Below are positions 40,101-49,500 of a stretch of 64,000 nt of DNA, in pieces. The notes below the pieces were generated by a model. That model made no database searches. It was given only the letters and a program-made list of their open reading frames with translations, and had not been told where the DNA came from. A program made the position numbers and the translations under genes. This DNA comes from Mobula hypostoma (Eukaryota), in the NCBI RefSeq assembly GCF_963921235.1, contig NC_086097.1:20028001-20092000 (forward strand), written 5' to 3'. Each line of letters starts with the position of its first letter. Position 1 is the first letter of the stretch.

Positions 40101-41442
40101 GTATGCATCCTTAACGTTAGCGTACATCAAGTCCAGAGTCCTCTCCCCTCTGGTTGTACAGCTGACACACTGCGTGAAGTTAGGCAATATTCTAGCCATG
40201 GTAACCTGGTTAAAGTCACCCGAGATGGTAATGAGGGCACTCAGGTGCTGGGTTTGTAATCTGGCTATGACGGTGTAAATGATGTTACACGCCGACGTCG
40301 GGTTGACAGGGAGGGATGTACACAGCAACCACAATTGCATGTGAGATTTCCCTTGGCAAATAATATGGCCGGAGTCCAACAGCAAAAAGTTCAATATCTG
40401 GGCTATAAACACGTTCCTTGATCGTAATATGACCAGGATTGCACCATCTGTTGTTAACCAGAACAGCAAGCCCCCCTCCTTTACGCTTACCACTCTCAGT
40501 GCAATTCTGGTCAGCCCAAACGGTCTGGAAGCCCTCTATGGAAACGCTTTGGTCGGGTATGTCCTCGTGCAGCCATGTTTCAGTAAAGCACATGACACTG
40601 CTCTCCCGAAATGTTCTCTGACTCCTGGCTAGCGCCATCAACTCGTCCATTTTATTACCCAGAGATCTCACATTGCCCATAATGAGAGAGGGGAGACACG
40701 GCTTATAACTCCGCTTCTCCATAAGTCTCTGTTGTCTTGACCCGGTCCTCTTCCCTCGCCTTTTTAATCCCCCTCTGCATCCTCTGTGTTTTCCTCCAGA
40801 TCTCAGTAGGGGTGTCTGCTGCTCTGTTTGCTAAACCGGTCGGCATAAGCGCAATCAGCTGGTCCCTGGAATAAACAATGTGACCATACTGCTGCCCCGC
40901 TAATGAGACGTGTCCGAATGTAACTATTTCCAGCGCTAAAAACCCAAATAAAACTCTCTCCACCAGCATGTTAGAGAGGGTGCAGCTTTAACGTGTTACC
41001 ATGGGGGGGAAAAAATACAACAAATAACGCAAGTTAAAAAAGTAAGAAAACTAGTCGGAGCGGCTGTAACAGGCCAGCGCACCTCAAAATCTCTAGAGTA
41101 AAACTAAAAAGTAGAATACCCTGGTCAGAAACTAATCAAATGAAAGATGGATGCCCAAAGCTTATCCATTGATCAATAGCTTAACATTTTCTCAAAAGCA
41201 ACACACAGAGTGCTGGAGGAACTTCAGGCAGCATCTATGGAAAAGAGTAAACAGTTGACATTTTGGGCCGAGGCCCTTCTTCAGGAACAGTACCATCTAT
41301 ATATACGTTTAATTCATCTGCTTTTCTACTTTTCCAGGGCATTCAGTTTTACACTCAGATAAAGACTGTAACCTCACAGTGGAAGGAAGAAGATTCAACT
41401 TTATCCAGCCCAGCTGTTGTCATGCCAACAATGGGACTCTAA
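19143..41442 (+). CDS. ALDH6A1: Methylmalonate-semialdehyde dehydrogenase, mitochondrial (complete, 12 coding exons, 524 aa)
   Basis: Exons 19143-19178, 21181-21222, 24422-24496, 27068-27229, 29828-29906, 30288-30590, 30894-31015, 31564-31753, 32520-32701, 35323-35502, 36675-36773, 41338-41442 total 1575 nt, all GT-AG and in frame; ALDH motifs PFNFP, KPSE, catalytic Cys in AGQRCMA, EEIFGPV. Confidence 0.98.
20525..21013 (-). mobile_element. Penelope-like element 3' fragment (GIY-YIG)
   Basis: Degenerate CxxxKCYTCP...VIYC...IGETKRRL. Confidence 0.75.
21181..21222 (+). CDS. ALDH6A1: ALDH6A1 exon 2 ([14 protein letters not shown])
   Basis: Strong polypyrimidine tract ttccag| and CCA|gtaagt; phase 0-0; transit-peptide-like, so weak protein homology. 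Confidence 0.8.
21416..21606. repeat. Penelope pLTR-derived palindrome
   Basis: 21450-21507 is the reverse complement of 21549-21606 with one mismatch. Confidence 0.85.
21808..22110 (+). mobile_element. tRNA-derived SINE copy 2
   Basis: A and B boxes; perfect TSD AGCATCTTGT at 21798-21807 and 22111-22120. Confidence 0.88.
24422..24496 (+). CDS. ALDH6A1: ALDH6A1 exon 3
   Basis: [25 protein letters not shown]; ttacag| and |gtgagt. Confidence 0.95.
27068..27229 (+). CDS. ALDH6A1: ALDH6A1 exon 4
   Basis: [21 protein letters not shown]...QQLIKENL; tttag| and |gtgagt. Confidence 0.96.
27402..29020 (-). mobile_element. Rex1/Babar-type LINE 3' half with internal deletions
   Basis: [32 protein letters not shown]. 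Confidence 0.87.
29828..29906 (+). CDS. ALDH6A1: ALDH6A1 exon 5
   Basis: [26 protein letters not shown]; aacag| and |gtaagt. Confidence 0.96.
30288..30590 (+). CDS. ALDH6A1: ALDH6A1 exon 6
   Basis: VVEHTCS...[11 protein letters not shown]...KPSERVP...HGQHD. Confidence 0.97.
30894..31015 (+). CDS. ALDH6A1: ALDH6A1 exon 7
   Basis: [18 protein letters not shown]...RVQSNM. Confidence 0.97.
31564..31753 (+). CDS. ALDH6A1: ALDH6A1 exon 8 (catalytic Cys)
   Basis: [12 protein letters not shown]...AGQRCMAL...LRVNA. Confidence 0.97.
32520..32701 (+). CDS. ALDH6A1: ALDH6A1 exon 9
   Basis: [13 protein letters not shown]...[13 protein letters not shown]|gtaagt. Confidence 0.97.
32853..34424. mobile_element. 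Solo LTR (about 590 bp) interrupted by a CR1
   Basis: TGTAA...TTACA ends, 4-bp TSD CTAG at 32849-32852 and 34425-34428. Confidence 0.75.
33421..34400 (+). mobile_element. Young 5'-truncated CR1 LINE
   Basis: ORF 33562-34335 is the C-terminal part of ORF2; (TATGTT) tail. Confidence 0.92.
34785..35060 (+). mobile_element. HE1/V-SINE-like tRNA SINE
   Basis: GGTTCAATTCC B box followed by the ggtttcctcccacattccaaagac core; relatives at about 35675-35990, 36970-37215, 44686-45680, and 6870-7030 and 61970-62250 on the - strand. Confidence 0.65.
35323..35502 (+). CDS. ALDH6A1: ALDH6A1 exon 10
   Basis: [14 protein letters not shown]...VDVGQ. Confidence 0.97.
36675..36773 (+). CDS. ALDH6A1: ALDH6A1 exon 11
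   Basis: [19 protein letters not shown]...FYGKQ|gtatgt. Confidence 0.97.
37685..37728 (+). repeat. 15-bp tandem repeat x3
   Basis: ACTTCATTGTAATTG / ACTTCATTGTAATCG / ACTTCATTGTAATC. Confidence 0.85.
37801..41085 (-). mobile_element. Near-full-length Rex1/Babar LINE in ALDH6A1 intron 11
   Basis: N-terminal YSRDQL, APE motifs GNVRSL, FTETWL, GDFN, SDH; RT ORF 37958-39565 with [18 protein letters not shown]; (CTAT/CTGT) tail. Confidence 0.92.
41338..41442 (+). CDS. ALDH6A1: ALDH6A1 exon 12 (stop TAA)
   Basis: [34 protein letters not shown]. Confidence 0.97.
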   Translation, partial: GIQFYTQIKTVTSQWKEEDSTLSSPAVVMPTMGL

Positions 41443-43162
41443 GTTCATGTTACTGAAATGGCAAGCTGCATGTTCAGCACACTGCTTGGTCTTGACTTTC
41501 CTGATCTGACCAGTGGAGAATTTAAGATGGAAATGAGTGGGGAAGGTGCAACTTAACCCTGGGTGATTGTAAGAGGTGTGCACAGGAATGGAAAGGGGTG
41601 GGAAACTAATCACTTGAATACCCTGGCAACTTTGAACATAACATCCCTACTGTGTTTCTGATCTGTAAAGAAAAATTAATTTCTAATCAGACAACTCAAC
41701 TGTTCATAAATGGAGCAAAATGCTAAACAAAAAAAAAATGTAATTCTCTTCCCTGTCCAACTTGAGCTTTTGTTTGCTTAGTTTACTCTCTCAAGATGTG
41801 ATTTAAAACATGTATGTGGAAGTACGTGATCTTTGCAGCTTGTTGAGAATGTAACTGAAGTGGCCGAAAAAATTATGAATTCTGCAACTGTATGGGTATT
41901 GTAATGATTATTTTAACTTTGTTATTAGTCATTATAGAAGACCATAAGATACAAGAGCCATTTGGCCCATTGAGTCTGCTCCGCCACTTTATCATGGCTG
42001 ATTCATTTACCCTCTCGGCCCCAATCTCCTGCCTTCTTCCTTCCTGTATCCCTTTATGCCCTGACTAATAAGAATCTATCAACCTCTGCCTTAAATATAC
42101 CCAATAACTTGGCCTCTACAGCCACCTGTGGCAATGAGTTCCACAAATTCACTACTCTGGCTAAAGAAATTCCTCATCTCTGTTCTAAAAGGATGTTCTC
42201 GTAGTTCCAGTAAGTGGAAAGGAAACCATATAGTTATGAACAGCAATTGTTAGTAAAAGGCAAATGCGACTAAGATTCTTTTCTATATAAAATGCACTCT
42301 TATAGTTATGAAAATGTGATTTAATTTTAACTGTTGTGCTTTATATGCCAATAACCTTAATAAGAAAATGATTAATTTTGGGAGAGAGTTTCAGACTAGT
42401 ACACTCCGGCAAAGTTAGATGAAAATGAGTTGTTGTAGTGGCTCAGGTCAGTCCCTTGTCTGGTGAGATACTGTGAAAGACAGGTCAAAACAAACTCAAA
42501 TTGGGACATTTGAGAAACCAGGTCCCGTTCAGGGCAAGCAGCAGAGCCACAGTTATTGTGGCATTGACATGGTTCTGTCTGGTGAATGGTATGCAGCAGC
42601 TTCTGCTGGAAAGGTGGATAGCAAATTCTGATCATGTAGCACATAACTGGATAATCACTAAGTAAAGTTAACCTGCTGCTCTCTGTCCTGCCCACAGTTC
42701 AAACTGCTATTTGCCTAGTTCACTTTCTCCAACATTTCATTTAGGACTAATTCTCCATTTCATATCATTGTCATTGCTTGCTGCTGAGTGGTACTGTAGG
42801 GGAGGTGGAATCAATGAGCCCTCACTCCAACAAAATGGCAATCTTCAGAACAAATATGTGGATGACGTTCATGCAAAAACAACATTGTAGAAAGACTTTT
42901 AATTCTAAACTGTTTTTAAACGTTTTTTATTTGCAGCCCTGTTCATAGTCTGGCTCAACAACAAACAACTGACTTGAATATCACAGATCTCCCAAAAAAA
43001 ATTGATGATAACTTGGTCTTCCTCGTGTCTAGTTGAGGTAACAATATTGTGTGCAACTGGCATGTTAATGGATGGTACTTTCTGTTGCTTGTGTAACCAA
43101 TATACTGGTATCTTTACACAGACAATGTGATTTTTGTACTCAAGTTTTGAATTCATGCGGAC

Positions 43163-43168
43163 AATAAA
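43163..43168 (+). terminator. Candidate ALDH6A1 polyadenylation signal AATAAA
   Basis: Canonical hexamer about 1.7 kb after the stop codon; usage not verifiable from sequence. Confidence 0.4.
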
Positions 43169-43772
43169 TCTGACTTCAATGCATCTAGGCAGATATAACA
43201 GAAGATAAGTTAGTTATGCATTATCACCCTTCAGTTGGGGTGGGCGAGGGGAAGATCATTTGGGTGTACATGAGGACTGTACTGTATTTAATCATGTGAA
43301 ATATACTTGATGTAGGTTGACAAATTAAAAATATTGCATCATCTTTGTGATTTTTATGGATACTAGAACATTTTTTCTTTTGCATCTTTTAAATGCAGTG
43401 TCATTCATAGAGAAGTTAGATGTCTTGTGGTCTTAAGTGAACATGGTTCAAAAAGAAAAATATATTAGAGCTGACACTTCAAATGTCTTTTGCCATTTTC
43501 TCAATGATAGAATTGCTGGTTCTTGGGCAGTCTCTGGAAAGCGAGAATGATTTAAGACAATAAGACATAAGAGGAGAATTAGGCCATTCAGTCCATTGAG
43601 TCTGCTTGCACTCTGGCTATGAGATGACTAACGAGGCCATTGTAGATTATTTCACCTTTTGGGCATATGAAGGCTAGCTTGTTTGTGATGTGGTCCATCA
43701 CATGACCTCAAGATTCTGTCTCATCTTCAATGCTCTTCCATGGGCGAGAGGTTCCCATAGGTTGGTGGGGAC

Positions 43773-43970
43773 AAATACAAGAGATTCTGCAGATGTTGCA
43801 AATCCAGAGTGCAACACATAAAATGCTGGAGGAGCTCAGCAGGTCATACAGCATTTATGGAAATGGATAAGCAGTCGATGTTTTGGGCTAAGACCCTGCA
43901 GGACCTCATCAGATATTGAGTCCTGATGAAGGGTCTTGGCCTGAAACATCGACTGTTATTCATTTCCATT
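43773..43970. mobile_element. Penelope pLTR-derived inverted element
   Basis: Same unit as 21416-21606; about 43858-43900 inverted at 43919-43969. Confidence 0.8.
43919..43954 (+). ncRNA. Minimal hammerhead ribozyme motif (PLE type)
   Basis: AGTC-CTGATGA-A-GGG tcttgg CCT-GAAA-CATC-GACT: both conserved core boxes, helix I AGUC/GACU and a short helix II. Confidence 0.6.
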
Positions 43971-44142
43971 ATTGGTGGGTATGTTCATTTCTTCAAAAAG
44001 ATAGCTTGGATGCCTAAGACTTTTGCACAGTACAGTATAATGTCATTCCAGTCTCCAAATAGCACTTAATACTACTGACCTAACACAAAGCTGAGTACTC
44101 TTATTTCTGTTTCCTGACCACCTTCCAATTTTAATCAATATA

Positions 44143-44208
44143 TAGTACTGTGCAAAATGTCTGGCGCCCTAGCTATTCATATGTGCGTGAGATTTTTGCA
44201 CAGTACTG
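44143..44208. mobile_element. 66-bp Tc1/mariner-type MITE
   Basis: TIR (c/t)AGTACTGTGCAAAA...TTTTGCACAGTACTG flanked by TA; a half copy lies at about 44010-44038. Confidence 0.75.
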
Positions 44209-44745
44209 TATGTGTAACTATAGTTTCTGTGCTGCAGATGTTGGTCTGGCAGGCTCTGCTGACATGGTCCGCTTATCCTAATGGTGAGTTTGGAGGTCTT
44301 TGATATAAATAGTGTTGGTATTTTTTGAGTGCCTTGAGCTAATGGCCATAGATCTCCAGGTACCACATGTAGGAGGGTGAGAATCACTGATACCTATAGT
44401 GGACCTATACATTTTATGCCAGATTGGATAATTGATCCTCAAATACCTGTTTTCTTAATTGGCTAAAGAAGCATAGAAGATTGTGGTGAATTTCATCATG
44501 AATCATCTGGAAGACTCCACAATATGGGGGAAGATCTGTTTTTCTAGAGGCTTTCTGTAACTATCAGTGGACAATATGATGCAAAAGGGAGAACCTTTGC
44601 CTTAACACTGAATGTAAGACCTATTTTCTCACACTTCAATCAAGCGTTTAAAGTTCAGCTTCTCAGAAAGCACAAATGGTTGCCACAGTGGCGATGATGC
44701 TATTGCAGTTCAGGGCATCGGAGTTCTATTGTGGTATCCTCTATA

Positions 44746-45473
44746 CAGCGGTCCCCAACCACTGGGCCTCGGGCCGTGAGGAAACAGTACGAGTCAGCTG
44801 CACCTTTCCTCATTCCCTGTCACACTGTTGAACTTGAACATAGGGTTGCAAACTGCCCTGTATTTATCGGGACATTCCGTATATTGGGCTAAATTGGTTT
44901 GTCCCATACGGGACCACCCTTGTCCCATATTTCCCCCGCTAAGGTAGAGCGTTCCTATGAAACCTTTCGTGCGGAAATGGTGTGAAGCGCAGAAACAATT
45001 ACCATTAATTTACATGGGGAAAATTTTTGAGCGTTCCCAGACCCAAAAAATAACCTACCAAATCACACCAAATAACAACTAAAACCGAAAATAACACTAA
45101 CATATAGTAAAAGCAGGAATTATATGATAAATACAGAGCCTATATAAAGTAGAAATAATGTATGTACAGTATAATTGGGAAGATTAAGCCAAAACCGATT
45201 TGTGGGGGGAAAAAGTCGGCGCGCATGCGCACGCAGGTGTCCGTGCAAGGTTTCGTGGTCATGGTAGTCTTACCTGGGGTAAACGCAAGTGTCTTGGGAT
45301 TTGACTGCTAATTTTGTCCCTTATTTGGGAGTGAGAAAGTTGGCAACCCTAACTGTAAAAGACATGTTGAGGTGAGTTTAACCCTACTTGAACAACCACC
45401 CCCGATCAGCCGGTCCGTAAGAATATTGTCAATATCTACCGGTCCATGGTGCAAAAAAGGTTGGGGGCCCCTG
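44746..45473. mobile_element. hAT Charlie-like MITE containing a second hAT MITE (44841-45386)
   Basis: Outer TIRs CAGCGGTCCCCAACC / GGTTGGGGGCCCCTG; inner TAGGGTT...AACCCTA with TSD CTTGAACA. Confidence 0.8.
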
Positions 45474-46428
45474 CTCCCTAAGGAATCCGTGTATGTCCTC
45501 CCCATGAAATGTGTGGGTTTTCCCCCCACAGTCCAAAGACGTATGGGGTAGGTTAATTGATTATTATCAATTGTGATTACTAATCGTGATTAGGTTGGGG
45601 TTAAAATGGGGTTTGCTGGGTGGTGCAGATCTTGGGGCCAGAAGGGTCTATTCATGCTGTATCTCAAAATAAAATAAATAAATGCAAGTGTGCTTGCTGG
45701 AGCATAATTACTAAAGTTTGGATCATTTGGTTCTGCCGTGTAGGTGAAACTTTCCCATTAGTGTTGAAGATTAAACTCTTCCATAGGTTTGTTGAAGGCA
45801 TAATGTAAATTGCAGCAGGATAAGATTTGAGGGAAGTGTTAGGATGTAGATGCATCTTTGACACCACCCTTCACTGTAGGCCCATTTGTTAATATCACAG
45901 CTTGCAGGTCATAGTAAAACACATGAAGTGTAAGGTGGAGAAATATTTGTGTGCAGCTGAACTTGGAGGAAGTCAAATGCTAGTACTGTACAGCTCCCTG
46001 AATTTTTTGTGGTGGAGTTTTAGGTGACAGGGTCCACTGTGCCTCTAGATTGGAAAGTCCATAAGTGTCTTTGGGAGTTGCTCTTCAGCAACTGTTAGGT
46101 ATTCCACAACACAGAAATCCATTTGTTGACTTCAGGGTGAAAACCAAATATCTAGGTTACATAGCCCTGGGGCAACGCAGCTGAAATCATAGTTTTAGTG
46201 GGGTGATAAAACCAGAATGTGCTTTGCCTTTCTTCTGCATTGTCCAATGTACAACTCCGTCCCACTTAGAGCAAAGTTTCTATTTTAAAATGTGATGTTT
46301 GAAGCTCTTAAAAAAACTTAAATTTTAATTGAAATTTCACTCTTTGAGCACCAATTTTAGGATTTTTCTCACATGCACCTTTTCAGATACTAATTCACTA
46401 TAAATCCATTGTTTAATTTTTTAACAAT

Positions 46429-46561
46429 CTACGTTGGTACAATTTCTGGTAACATAACTTCTTTCGGCAACTGGAGATCTGGTAAAGTGCTGACATGACT
46501 TGAAACCGAATCAATAGGAGCCTGGGTTATAAAAGTGGGATTGGGATTTTCATCTTGTGTG
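46429..46561 (-). CDS. BBOF1: BBOF1 last coding exon (stop TAG)
   Basis: ttgcag|C ACA CAA...TFITQAPID...IVPT*. Confidence 0.78.
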
Positions 46562-49500
46562 CTGCAAAGGAAATGATATCAATTAACTTTTTGAAATTTG
46601 AGACAGAAACAAAACCACAAGCTACCAGTGTAGTCACATTTATCCAAGTTGTGAACTTACTGTGCCCAGTATCTTTATTAGTAAGAATAACATCATATAG
46701 GAATACTGTACTGCTCATTCTGCTTGCTTCAGATGCAAACAATCTTGAATTTAAGAACAAGAAATAGAGGTGAAGTAGGCAATAGAACACCTTGAATCTT
46801 CTCTACCATGACTAGGTCCAACCTCGACTGTATTTATTTCCTTAAGTGTCAATCTCCATCTTGAAGGTTGTTAATGACTGAGCACCCACCATCCACTGGG
46901 ACAGAATTCCATAAAAATAGTACCTCATTTCTGTTTACAAGTAGCCAAATATTCACTTTTGAGATTAAAACCTTAATCATTTTTGGGCATCCGCCATTTG
47001 TTGACGAGTTCAGCATTTATTGCCCATCCATTATTGCCATTGAGAACCACCTTTCAAAATTAAAAGTAATGAGTGGATCTACAGAGAACAGCATGCAATA
47101 AGAGTTGCAACACTTTGGTGCCACCTTGCTTCAGTCCTGATGGTTGCACTGAATGGTGTTAGGTCGAAATTTCTGATTTTGACTCAGTTACAAAGGTCCT
47201 GTGATATATTTTCAAATCAGAATGGAGGATGACTTGCATTTTCAGGTGGTGCACCTATAAAAATACTTGTAGGTAGGGATAGTGGGGGACAGTGACCACC
47301 GCTCCCTAACCTTTATAATTATCATAGAAAAGGATAGAATCAGAGAGGACAGGAAAATTTTTAATTGGGGAAAAGCAAATTATGAGGCTATAAGGCTAGA
47401 ACTTGCGGGTGTGAATTGGGATGATGTTTTTGCAGGGAAATGTACTATGGGCATGTGGTCGATGTTTAGAGATCTCTTGCGGGATGTAAGGGATAAATTT
47501 GTCCTGGTGAGGAAGATAAAGAATGGTAGGGTGAAGGAACCATGGGTGACAAGTGAGGTGGAAAGTCTAGTCAGGAGGAAGAAGGCAGCATACATGAGGT
47601 TTAGGAAGCAAGGATCAGATGGGTCTATTGAGGAATATAGGGAAGCAAGGAAGGGGCTGAGAAGAGCAAGAAGGGGGCATGAGAAGGCCTTGGCGACTAG
47701 GGTAAAGGAAAACCCCAAGGCATTCTTCAATTATGTGAAGAAAAAAAGGATGACAGGAGTGAAGGTAGGACCGATTAGAGATAAAGGTGGGAAGATGTAC
47801 CTGGAGGCTGTGGAAGTGAGCGAGGTCCTCAATGAATACTTCTCTTCAGTATTCACCAATGAGAGGGAACTTGATGATGGTGAGGACAATATGAGTGAGG
47901 TTGATGTTCTGGAGCATGTTGATATTAAGGGAGAGGAGGTGTTGGAGTTGTTAAAATACATTAGGACAGATAAGTCCCCGGGACCTGACGGAATATTCCC
48001 CAGGCTGCTCCACGAGGCAAGAGAAGAGATTGCTGAGCCTCTGGCTAAGATCTTTATGTCCTCGTTGTCCACGGGAATGGTACCGGAGGATTGGAGGGAG
48101 GCGAATGTTGTCCCCTTGTTCAAAAAAGGTAGTAGGGATAGTCCGGGTAATTATAGACCAGTGAGCCTTACGTCTGTGGTGGGAAAGCTGTTGGAAAAGA
48201 TTCTTAGAGATAGGATCTATAGGCACTTAGAGAATCATGGTCTGATCAGGGGCAGTCAGCATGGCTTTGTGAAGGGCAGATGGTGTCTAACAAGCCTGAC
48301 AGAGTTCTTTGAGGAGATGACCAGGCATATAGATGAGGGTAGTGCAGTGGATGTGATCTATATAGATTTTAGTAAGGCATTTGACAAGGTTCCACACGGT
48401 AGGCTTATTCAGAAAGTTAGAAGGCATGGGATCCAGGGAAGTTTGACCAGGTGGATTCAGAATTGGCTTGCCTGCAGAAGGCAGAGGGTCATGGTGGAGG
48501 GAGTACATTCAGATTGGAGGATTGTGACTAGTGGTGTCCCACAAGGATCTGTTCTGGGACCTCTACTTTACGTGATTTTTATTAACGACCTGGATGTGGG
48601 GGTAGAAGGGTGGGTTGGCAAGTTTGCAGATGACACAAAGGTTGGTGGTGTTGTAGATAGTGTAGAGGATTGTCAAAGATTGCAGAGAGACATTGATAGG
48701 ATGCAGAAGTGAGCTGAGAAGTGGCAGATGGAGTTCAACCCGGAGAAGGTGGTACACTTTGGAAGGACAAACTCCAAGGCAGAGTACAAAGTAAATGGCG
48801 GGATACTTGGTAGTGTGGAGGAGCAGAGGGATCTCGGGGTACATGTCCACAGATCCCTGAAAGTTGCCTCACAGGTGGATAGGGTAGTTAAGAAAGCTTA
48901 TGGGGTGTTAGCTTTCATAAGTTGAGGGATAGAGTTTAAGAGTCGCGATGTAATGATGCAGCTCTATAAAACTCTGGTTAGGCCACACTTGGAGTACTGT
49001 GTCCAGTTCTGGTCACCTCACTATAGGAAGGATGTGGAAGCATTGGAGAGGGTACAGAGGAGATTTACCAGGATGCTGCCTGGTTTAGAAAGTATGCATT
49101 ATGATCAGAGATTAAGGGAGCTAGGGCTTTACTCTTTGGAGAGAAGGAGGATGAGAGGAGACATGATAGAGGTGTACAAGATAATAAGAGGAATAGATAG
49201 AGTGGATAGCCAGCGCCTCTTCCCCAGGGCACCACTGCTCAATACAAGAGGACATGGCTTTAAGGTGAGGGGTGGGAAGTTCAAGGGGGATATTAGAGGA
49301 AGGTTTTTTACTCAGAGAGTGGTTGGTGCGTGGAATGCACTGCCTGAGTCAGTGGTGGAGGCAGATACACTAGTGAAGTTTAAGAGACTACTAGACAGGT
49401 ATATGGAGGAATCTAAGGTGGGGGCTTATATGGGAGGCAGGGTTTGAGGGTCGGCACAACATTGTGGGCTGATGGGCCTGTACTGTGCTGTACTATTCTA

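Noticed and set aside
44738..45481. TSD for the outer Charlie-like MITE
   Set aside because: Flanks CCTCTATA and CTCCCTAA do not match well enough to call
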